Assembly: GCF_006345805.1 (NCBI RefSeq)
Contig: NC_042999.1
Location: 75,454,001-75,518,000, forward strand
Source of the DNA: Octopus sinensis
Lineage: Eukaryota
Direction: 5' to 3'
Length of the DNA stretch: 64,000 bases
Of this stretch, positions 53,600 to 64,000 are shown one piece after another; position 1 is the first letter of the stretch, and the number at the start of each line of letters is the position of its first letter. The notes beneath the pieces were generated by a model, which saw only the letters and a program-made list of their open reading frames with translations, did no database searches and was not told the DNA's origin. Position numbers and translations under genes: made by a program.

Positions 53600-54780
53600 G
53601 CCACAATATTTAAGCAAAAGAATATTTTAATTAAAAACTTAAGTGTATAAAAAAGCAACTTTTAAGATAGATTAATACAGACAGAATGGAAGAAAGTTTT
53701 CATGTAAGCACTTTTTCCTGTGTTTAGCTTTTCAAATACATGTGCTATGAGGTAATCCATATAGAAATAATTGTTTTTAGTAGTGGCTTTCACTATCACC
53801 AGTTTAGTTTCGGGTTAGAGTTGTTCCTTAGTATACTTCTTTTGGCTTTCGTATTTGATCATTTTCTGTCTAATTTGAATAAAGGGGATACTTTATATAT
53901 TCCCATTCGCACAAACGTTTGAATGTTCACTACGTGGAACATTTCTAACAAATAGATCATTGATGTGCTGTTTATGCATCTTAACTGGTTCCATTAGTTT
54001 TGTTCATTTTTGTCCGATGCACTGTCGACAATATTTTGAAATTCATATTTGCATTAACAATAAATTGCTTTTTTTAAAGTTATTCAATCAACTCACAAAG
54101 ATTTGGCTGTTGTATTTAGCTGTAAATAATTTGTAACTCTTTAATTATTTTTCTAAGATTCAATGAAGGTATTATTTGGCCGAGTGTACGATGGGATTTC
54201 TGAGATTGTAGGTGGCTACAGACGGAATATTTCTACTCGGGTCTTTCTCCTTCTTGTGAAAATTTCTCCGTAAGTCAGGGATTTTTGGCCTTGTTTATGG
54301 CATTATTTGCTAAGTATTTTTCGGATATATTTCACGAGAGGAATATTTTCTGTTCTACTTGTGTCTATAACTATTGTACATATACGCCAGCTACATTAAA
54401 TGGGATATTTCTTAATATGAGATGGATGGTAAGATCTAAGGTCTGAGTAAGTCTGTGTCCATGCTGTGGAAGTTGCACTTTCCTTAATTATCAAAATTTC
54501 CTGTAAAGGAAGGAAGTTCTCTTTTATTCATTTCTATTGCGAATTAGACCATTCCATTAATGCTATTGATTAACTTATGGAGTCCTGTCTGATCTTCCTT
54601 GTTTCTGTTCCAAATTATGAAAGTCATCCAGGAACTTTTTACAGCTTTCTTTGAAATAGCATTGGAAATACTGATCAAAGTCCCGTATCGTGCATAGAAT
54701 TTTCTTCCTAGTTTTGCAAACGTGGGTGCGACTTTTGTACCCATTGCCAACCATTTTATTTGATAGTAATATTAGATATA
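53600..54780 (-). mobile_element. Penelope-like element ORF remnant (RT core)
   Basis: YYQIKWLAMGTKVAPTFAKL, FLDD/FIIWN, SYHPSHIK, IPFNVA/WRICTI motifs typical of PLE RT; the left boundary is uncertain. Confidence 0.75.
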
Positions 54781-54789
54781 AATCATCCT

Positions 54790-55790
54790 ACTACAAAGTT
54801 TTAAAAAAGTCATCCCATAATGCAGGAATAATTTACCGAACGAATGAATAGAAAGATACGACAAAACTAATTAGATCTTCCGAGAAGATGTGCAAAGAGA
54901 TGAAACGAAATCAATTTAAATACTGGAATTGAATAATATGTGATCAAAAGAGTATAAAAGCAATTACGGAATGGGATTAGTGAAAGCTACAAAGAAAACA
55001 AAAATAAACTCGTTAAAATAAACATTGATAACAACAGAGGGTACCATAACTCCTTTCGTAATAATTTACAAGTCAACCCAATGAATAATCAAAGGGTGAC
55101 AACCCATAACCCGTCATATGCAGATGTAACTAAAAGGGACAGAAATTCAATTACCCATACTAAAACAAACTCAACTACCAAGAAACGCTCGCAAATAATA
55201 ACAATGGACGAATAGACCGCAATAGACTGTCAAATCAAATAAGGTGGTATTAGTCTACTAAAAACTAGCCAACAAACCAAAGAAGTTGGTATCATGATAA
55301 TACTAGATATAACAGCTGGGACCCCTCTAAAAACAGAATTTAAAAACAGGGTACAAATGATTCAAAAAGAAAAAGCTTCATTGGGCAAGCAGGTATTCCA
55401 AACAAAAACGTAACAGACACTTAAGCTACAAAGATTCAAGGAAACACTGAACTAGTTAATCCAAATGATAAATTTATCACAACGAAATCTCATGAAAAAT
55501 TATATAAAATTTTTATGATATGGATTAAATACGCAATAATTCCAAAACTTGACGCAACAGATCTTTTAAAGATACAGAGGTATTTTGCAGAAAACTTGGT
55601 CTACAGGGATTCAAAAGATACAAAAGAGTGGTTATGAATAATCACCTCACTTCTAAAATACAAAGGAGCATTTAAATCTCGAATAAACACTGTAATGCCA
55701 TCGAATGAGAAAACCAACCCTTACACTTTGAAGAACAGTTCGCACTACAACGATTACTGACAGGTAAAAATAACATTACCCTCAGAGTGA
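54790..55790 (+). mobile_element. Possible PLE N-terminal ORF remnant, opposite orientation
   Basis: A-rich coding-like strand bias and GL/YAIIPKLDATDLLK, resembling the PLE GLNFA.P motif. Confidence 0.3.
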
Positions 55791-56114
55791 TTTGAACGCG
55801 CAACGTAATGGTGCTTAACTATACACTAAATTTCATCTTATCTGAAATTCTGATACTACCATTACACCTGTATGCTGTAGCTATAAATTTTATATATGCA
55901 CGCACATGCATATATAGGAGTAAACTGTATAACACAAAATATACCGTACTTAGTATTCTATCGGAGATGTTTGATGTCGTCCATGTTGTCATTCTCCAGT
56001 GATTGCCTGATATCATTGCAATGTAAAAATTCAGTTTGTCTATTTTCTAAGCATATCACATTAAACAAATTCATAAAATACAGAGTAAGTAAAAGTTTAT
56101 CATCAATATAACGA

Positions 56115-57365
56115 ATTTTGTTAGTACTGATAACACCAAACTTCAAAAATTTGATTAAAATTTTTTTTTTTTGAGGGGTTATTCGAAAGCTGTTCTGCGT
56201 GCCAAATTCAAAAATAATTTCCGTTTGTTTTGCCACCCCAAATTTTAAAGATAATAAAACAATATTTCGGTTTTTTTTTGTTTTGTTTCATTTTTGTAAA
56301 TAACTTCTTAGAGCACTTAACCTATTAAATGACATGTACAAAAAGCTTTTTAATATACATTTTATGAACTGAAACATTATGTATAACAGCCTTGAATAAT
56401 GTAATTTGTGTTGATATTTCTCAGGCATTTTCTGATATAAATCATAAATTCATTTTATGGATTTAATAAAGCCTTCTAGAACGTGCATTAATAACCCAGA
56501 CATATTTGCAATGTATGTTGTGCATTTGTTGATAAGGAATAAAGATGATATAATTGTTTTTTCGCATTTGGTATACCCGTCAGTTTTACTTGTGATTCTT
56601 GTGATTTTCGACTCATTACTTATAGGGTTTCATTTTAAAGGCAATAGCTTAAAAGAATTCCATTCTGTCTTGTTTTGTTTATAAGTGAAATTATTACATT
56701 AGACTGAGATGAGTTATTGCTTTTGCTACTTTTGCTGGTGCAGCTGTTGTTGATATTGCCCAGACCACATTCAATTCTGCTTGAGCAAATATTTAGATGA
56801 TTACTTCTGTAACTTAGAAGACTATACAGACTGCAGGCGACAGTGAGAATGAGTACTCAACACTGCATTGCTGAATAAATATTCTTTATTTGAGGGTTAA
56901 CAAGGCTACCATTGGTTTCATACTCAGAGATTTCTCAGCAATTCTGCCACATGGGACGTTTGAACTCGTCTTCGACTTGCATGAGAATACACGAAGCTAC
57001 ACAAGACTGAGCAAGATTTTGTGAAAAAAGAATTTCATATGAAGCAAATAATTTTATGAAAAGAACATTTATTATCAGCGTCAGAAACTTTGTATCCCGG
57101 CCATTCATTTCCTTAACGAAAGAGAGAAGGCCTTTAATTTATCACTTTTTCGATAACAAAATAGTCTCACTTGTGTTGGTTGCTTAACATTGCAGGTCAA
57201 ATAACAATTCAAGAGCTATTTAAAAAAAAAAACATCTGAAAGAATTGTCTACATTCAACAAGAACATGATAACGTTAAGGCATTATAATATAGGTGTGCC
57301 TTATCACTGCGCATGTCCAACCTCTCATGATTTACAACGAGACTCATCTACCATCCAATTATATA
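56115..57365 (+). mobile_element. Highly decayed DNA transposon (superfamily not assigned)
   Basis: SRTCINNPDIF followed by a frameshifted CxxC, and IGVPY, resemble a widespread invertebrate transposase N-terminus; terminal-like sequence at 56120-56250. Confidence 0.35.
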
Positions 57366-57555
57366 ATACATTCCTTAATACAGACTTGCTATGCCCCAAC
57401 ATAATAACACACCAGTTCTTGTGCTGAGTCAGGCAATCAATACGTTTCTGTAAAACCTGTAAAACACACGAATTTATGTGTTTATATGCATATATGAATA
57501 CTTATGTATACTTACGAGAGTCTATATGAATATAAATAAATAAATATGCATATGT

Positions 57556-57605
<50 letters not shown>

Positions 57606-57752
57606 CACATATATATATATATATGTATATATATGTATGTATATATGTATGTATATATGCATGTATGTATACAGCATTTAAATGTCTCCTTCCTAAACTT
57701 TAATTTTTTAAATCTTAAATCTAACATATATATATATAAGAGTATATGCATG

Positions 57753-57831
<79 letters not shown>

Positions 57832-57861
57832 ATATATATATAATATATATATATAATATAT

Positions 57862-57912
<51 letters not shown>

Positions 57913-57944
57913 GTGCATGCATATCTATTAATCAATCAATCAAT

Positions 57945-57981
<37 letters not shown>

Positions 57982-58372
57982 AGTAGATAGATAGAGATAG
58001 ATAGATAGATAGATAGATAGAAGATAGATAGATAGATATAGATAGATAGATAGATAATGTATTTCTTTAATCTTTTATTTGTCTAAGTTAAGTGTGTGGA
58101 CCGCAAGAGGGACAAAGTTGAAAAATAAAACTCATTTTGTCACATTCCATGAAAGTGTCTTTCCAGCCGACTTTCGTCTATCTACATAGATATGCATATA
58201 TGTCTATATTTGTATGCTTGTATGTATATATGTATGTATGTACGTATGTATGTATGCATGTGTGTGTGCGTGTGCGTGCGTGTGTGTGTGTGTAAACCGT
58301 CTAAGAGACCATAAGTCAGGAAAAAATGTATATCTGTCAGTAGAGTGGTTCAATTAATATGTATATATTTAA

Positions 58373-58412
<40 letters not shown>

Positions 58413-58668
58413 TTATATAAATTAATAATTGAGGATAAAATCTTTAAAAGAAATTATCAGTAGTCAGCGTGAAAAACCTCGTAAGAGAAAAAAAAAAAAT
58501 CCGTAAATTCTTCCTCTTTGAAAATATTCATTTATATTATATTGAGGGTACTACTATTCGTAGATACCAACACGCTAAGAGGGACCAATGCGGTCAAAAC
58601 TACTAAAAATAAACAAAATTTTACCGAATGCAAAACTTCAAAACACATCATTTTAAAAAAGAATTCAG

Positions 58669-58730
58669 TTACATATCACATGTGATTTCGCATTTAATGC
58701 AGAATATGCATTTCATGTTCGTCAGTGCAA
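58669..58730 (-). ncRNA. Type I hammerhead motif (left arm)
   Basis: Exact reverse complement of 58950-59011. Confidence 0.65.
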
Positions 58731-58949
58731 CAAACTCAAGAAATATAAGAAAAAACATAACATTACAAACTCGATAGCCAACCGTAGAATTCGTCGTAGC
58801 TTGTACGAATGTTTATCCTTACATATCTATGAAAATGGCCGCCATTTTCATAGATATGTAAGGATAAACATTCATACAAGCTACGACGAATTCTACGGTT
58901 GGCTATCGAGTTTGTAATGTTATGTTTTTTCTTATATTTCTTGAGTTTG

Positions 58950-59011
58950 TTGCACTGACGAACATGAAATGCATATTCTGCATTAAATGCGAAATCACAT
59001 GTGATATGTAA
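58950..59011 (+). ncRNA. Type I hammerhead motif (right arm)
   Basis: UUGCA-CUGACGA-A-CAU-GAA-AUGCA(UAUUC)UGCAU-UAA-AUG-C-GAAA-UCAC(AU)GUGA-UA-UGUAA; palindromic stem III, AUA triplet. Confidence 0.65.
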
Positions 59012-59867
59012 CTGAATTCTTTTTTAAAATGATGTGTTTTGAAGTTTTGCATTCGGTAAAATTTTGTTTATTTTTAGTAGTTTTGACCGCATTGGTCCCT
59101 TTTAGCGTGTTGGTATCTACGAATAGTAGTACCCTCAATATAATATACATTTATATATACAGACACACAGACACACAGATACACGCACGCACACATACAC
59201 ACATATTTACATATGTGCGCGCGTGTGTTATAATGTCTGGAAATAATTTTAGCGCATATGTTATAGAAATATATAGCATCAGCATACTTGTATATCATAG
59301 TTGTCGTTCTAGTTCTTATTGTAGGTGGTCTGTGCAAACTTTTTAACGAGTGCATCTTTCCCGCTCCCGTCCATCTTTCAAATTATTTGATGGATGGGTG
59401 GCGGAGCTTTTCCTTCTCCACCTTTATTTTCTTTCCCAAGTGGAAATTGAAAAATTGATGAAGGCATGTCTAAGAGGAAAGTGTAGGTCTTTCTGTCTCA
59501 TTTACTACACACTCATTCACTCTAAGTGTCAGATAAGGAATACTGCACGCACTTCTTAGCCAAAAAACAAAGCGCCGAGGAAATTTTCACGATGAACTCA
59601 TCTGATAAACTGATTCATCCAACCTGGGACAACAATTGTTCGATAAAATTTCACAAATCGGCAATAATCAGATATTAAATGTGCGCATACAGAACGTTTT
59701 TGTCGCTCTCGTGAAGTACATATTTTATCACTTTTTTTCCGTTATTGGACTGAAGCCTCGTACTTATTGTTTAGTCATTTACTGAGCCGCTAGTTTATGA
59801 AGCCGTAAACAAGCAAATACCTGTTGTAAAGCGATGGTGGGGTACAAGCACAATGACACGCACACAT

Positions 59868-59905
<38 letters not shown>

Positions 59906-60231
59906 CACCATTTTCGAAATCAGTCGATGTTTCCTATGGAGTTCTATATAAGTCTGACAAGGTGACGTAGGTTCTTTAACCCTCGGCAACGGAGTGTTGG
60001 ATCACTGATGAAGATTGATAAAATCTCGCTTGTTGTAAGGAGGGAGCCTGTCTCCTTTGTCAGCCGTTAGAAAAGTTATCTCACGTGGCTAAGAGTTGTT
60101 CTGACTCTTATTTCTAGCAATGCTGGTGCTCACCACAACTCTCTTTCACTTTAGTGATGACTGTATTTGTTGCCTATTGGTTCTAAATTGCGAATGGCCA
60201 CCTTAATAATTTATAGCTCTCTTTTACACCC

Positions 60232-60620
60232 TTTTACTTGTTTCAGTCATTTGACTGCGGCCATGCTAGAGCACCACCTTTAGTCGAGCAAATCGACCCC
60301 AGGACTTATTCTTTGTAAGCCTAGTACTTATTCTATCGGTCTCTTTTGCCGAACCGCTAGGTTACGGGGACGTAAACACACCAGCATCGGTTGTCAAGCG
60401 ATGTTGGGGGGACAAACACAGATACACAAACACACACACACACATACATATATACGACATGCTTCTTTCAGTTTCTGTCTACCAAATCCACTCACAAGGC
60501 TTTGGTTGGTTCGAGGCTATAGTAGAAGACACTTGCTCAAGGTGCCACGCAGCGGTAATGAACCCGGAACCATCCATGTGGTTGGTAAGCAAGCGACTTA
60601 CTACACAGCCACTCCTGCGT
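60232..60620 (-). mobile_element. SINE family A, full length
   Basis: ttttacttgtttcagtcatttgactgcggccatgc...cacagccactcctgcg. Confidence 0.9.
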
Positions 60621-60644
60621 ATGTATATATATATTAATAATAAA

Positions 60645-60805
60645 AGGTACTATAAGCAGTACTAGCATGCCAAGTCGGGGGAACAGGCAAAATCACTAAG
60701 ATCCCGTAACAATGACCAAAAAATCGAAAATTGAAAAGTTAGATACACCTGCATCACAGTGATTCCAAACTTTGAAAAAATATCACTTAGTATCTCCTCA
60801 GCAAG
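60645..60805. mobile_element. Partial copy of the MITE at 61642-62043
   Basis: gcaaaatcactaa..ccc.ta.caatga...gaaaattgaaaagttaga..cctgcatc shared. Confidence 0.7.
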
Positions 60806-60919
60806 TCTCACTGACCCAAGGTCATAGAGCTTGCCTATCTCATCCAACTTATGCGATGGCCGTTTTTAATGCCGCAGTGTATAATGCCGAAGAGTATTAA
60901 AAATTATATAAATATATAT

Positions 60920-61137
60920 TCTTTTCTATTCTTGGTACAAGGCTCAAAATGTTGGAGAGGGGATGGGGTCAGTCGATGAGATCGACCCCAGTACGCAACT
61001 GTTACTTAATTTATCGACCCCAAAAGGATGAAAGGCAAAGTCGTCCTCGGTGGAATTTGAACTCAGAACGTAAAGACAGATGAAATAACACTAAACATTT
61101 CGCACAACGTGCTAACGTTTCTGCCAGCTCGCCGCCT
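60920..61137 (-). mobile_element. SINE family B, full length
   Basis: Minus strand begins ggcggcgagctggcagaaacgttagcacg...gttctgagttcaaattcc. Confidence 0.9.
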
Positions 61138-61177
61138 TTATATAAATATATATTAGGGTATTATTGTTTAGAATATA

Positions 61178-61570
61178 GGCGCAGGAGTGGTTCTGTGGTA
61201 CGCAGCTTGCTAACAAACCACATGGTTCGGGTTCAGTCTCACTGCGTGGCACCTTGGGCAAGTGTTTTCTACTATAACTACGGGCTGACCTAAGCCTTGT
61301 GAGTGGATTTGGTTGACGGAAACTGAAAGAAGCCCGTCGTATATATGTGTATATGTGTGTGTCTCTGTTTGTCCCCGCATCATCACTTGACAATCGATGT
61401 TGGTGTGTTTATGCCCTCCCCCCGTAACTTAGCGGTTCGACAAAAGAGACCGATAGAATAAGTACTTGGCTTACAAAGAATAAGTCCAGGGTCGATTAGT
61501 TCGACTAAAGGCGGTGCTCCAGCATGGCCGCCGTCAAAACAATTGACACAATTAAAAGAACAAAAGAATA
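61178..61570 (+). mobile_element. SINE family A, full length
   Basis: ggcgcaggagtggttctgtggta...gactaaaggcggtgctccagcatggccg. Confidence 0.9.
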
Positions 61571-61641
61571 ATAATATCAGTTGCTTAGCATACATAAAAG
61601 AAAACCCATAAAGGTTAAAATTATTAATTAATAATGAAGAC

Positions 61642-62043
61642 TACTACAGGTAGTACCAGCATGCTAAAATAGCAGTGAAAACGACTCGAAACCACAGGTT
61701 TTCACTTTTACATAAAGATGAAGTTGGGGAACGAGCAAAATCACTAACACCCCATACCATTGATCCTCCTCCCCCCCAAAAAAAGAAAGAAAATTGAAAA
61801 GTTAGACATACCTGCATCGCAGTACCTGTATCGTTGAAGAGATACTGAGAGATATTTTTACAAAGTTCGAAATCAGTGATACAGGTATGTCTAACTTTTC
61901 AATTTTCGACTCTTTTTCGTCATTGGTATGGGGTCTTAGTGATTTTGCCCATTCCCTCGACCTCATCTTTATGTAAAAGTTAAAACCTGTGGTTTTGAGT
62001 CGTTTTCGATTGCTATTTTAGCATGCAGGTACTACCTGTAGTA
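61642..62043. mobile_element. Palindromic MITE with ~175-bp TIRs, TA at both termini (Tc1/mariner-like)
   Basis: tactacaggtagtacc.gcatgctaaaatagca... matches ...tgctattttagcatgc.ggtactacctgtagta. Confidence 0.8.
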
Positions 62044-62049
62044 AAATTA

Positions 62050-62600
62050 TTAGTTAAAATGCTTATTTTTTACCTCAGCCCCACTATATATTGTATCCAA
62101 ATCTCGCTGCAAGAGCACAATATTTCCAGTGTTGTGTATCCTCTTAGAGATTTTTGTATCGTCTGCATAGTTAGAAAGGATGACAACTGAAGGTATGTCT
62201 AAGAAGGTCGCTATGAACAGCAGTAGCCCTAAGACAGTGCTCTGTGGAACACCACTTATTATCTCCTTAGCGGTGGCTTCGCTAGCCACCACTGCTTGAC
62301 TTCTATCTTTTAAAATGTCATGCAGCCACTCTTCAAGTTTTCAGACTATGTTGAGATAACGCAGATCGGGGCATATCATCCCATGGTGAACTTTGTCCAA
62401 GGCCTTTGTTAAGTCAAAGTTGAAAACCATGCTGGGCGTCAGTTAACAAGTTATTCTCGCCAAAGAACGCAAATCGTTTCTTTCGGTCTATTCTTTCCAT
62501 GACTTTACCGATGTGTGATGTCAGAGAGATATAGGTCAATAGATTTTTAACATCTGCTCTGCTTCCTTCTTTATAGGTCCGGCATATCATTCCATTCTTC
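62050..62600 (-). mobile_element. CR1/L2-like LINE RT remnant
   Basis: ISLTSHIGKVMERI, LLTDAQHGF, KALDKVHHG, SGVPQSTVLGLLLF, YADDTKI, LQRDLD. Confidence 0.85.
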
Positions 62601-62631
62601 AATTTATATATATATATATCTTTACACACAC

Positions 62632-62765
62632 ACGACTGGCTCCCACACAGTTTCCATCAATTAATTCACTCTGGCGACCCGCACTTATAGTAGAAATCAC
62701 TAGCCCGAGGTGCTGCGTATTGGAGCCACAAGGCTGCAAAGGTGAGTTCTTAACCACACGGCTAT
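62632..62765 (-). mobile_element. SINE family A, 5' half, degenerate
   Basis: cacagtttcc.tc...ttcactc...tatagtagaa..cact.gccc.aggtgc.gcg...cttaaccacacgg. Confidence 0.6.
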
Positions 62766-63127
62766 ATCTGAGCTTATTTTAGTTATTTCCCTTATAATAC
62801 CTTTTAGCTAATCAACAATTTTATTAGTTTGAAATTTATAAAAAATACTTAACCGATTTCTACCCAATTTCTGCTGTTTTCTTTCTACGTTTGTTACTTC
62901 TTTCATTTTCTTTCTATCTATTTGCACTTTGTTCTTATTCATATTCGCTCATTGCCTCGTCTTTGCCTTCTCCTATACGTCATTATACTTTTCTTTCTGT
63001 ATGTTTATCATATTCATTTTTTGTTTGTTTTACTTTTTGATGATAAATATATTGACATTGAATATAATTTTTTCAATATTTCTGAAGTTTTAAAGCAAAC
63101 AGAACGCTCTGAAAACTAATGATATTG

Positions 63128-63720
<593 letters not shown>

Positions 63721-64000
63721 TCTACGCATGTACAAAAAAGGTTTGTATGTAACTAAAAGCTGGGTGGTGTACAAACTGATATTGTGATAAAACAATACGA
63801 GATGTAAGGAAAACAAGTTCTAACAGCTATAAATCTAGAGTTGGGCGATATTAATCAATAGGAAACGGTGTTCGCTATATAATTGTTTAATGAATATGTC
63901 GATATGATTGATAGGGGATCGATAATGCTTGTAATATCAATGTCTGATTAACTCATGTCTTAATACACAGTCACACACACACATTTTTGTATATGTAGGG

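Larger units (their letters stand above)
58420..59147. mobile_element. 615-bp near-perfect palindrome with left extension, next to (TA)n
   Basis: Arms 58533-58839 and 58841-59147 around C58840; only two mismatches seen. Confidence 0.9.

Noticed and set aside
60003-60030. CUGAUGA followed by hairpin AGAUU/AAUCU
   Set aside because: No GAAA or stem III follows, so it is not called as a hammerhead.

Overview
AT-rich, repeat-saturated eukaryotic DNA. The SINE families and microsatellite density match what I recognise from octopod cephalopods (Octopus); this is an inference, not a database match. No host protein-coding gene can be confirmed, and nearly all ORFs in the track are microsatellite translations. 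The window holds three tRNA-head SINE families plus an older SINE-like family, Dong/R4-type LINE fragments in (TAA)n, CR1/L2-like and Tx1/L1-like LINE remnants, a Penelope-like RT remnant, two copies of a non-autonomous Helitron, hAT/Tc1/foldback MITEs, a ~113-bp minisatellite and a 100-N gap. The most notable signal is a set of short non-coding elements, unrelated in sequence and mostly sitting in (TA)n tracts. Most are asymmetric palindromes, and nearly all carry minimal type I hammerhead ribozyme folds (CUGANGA...GAAA...UH), either intact or decayed. They resemble non-autonomous Penelope-derived or retrozyme-like elements. All pairings were done by eye, and coordinates of degenerate repeats are approximate.
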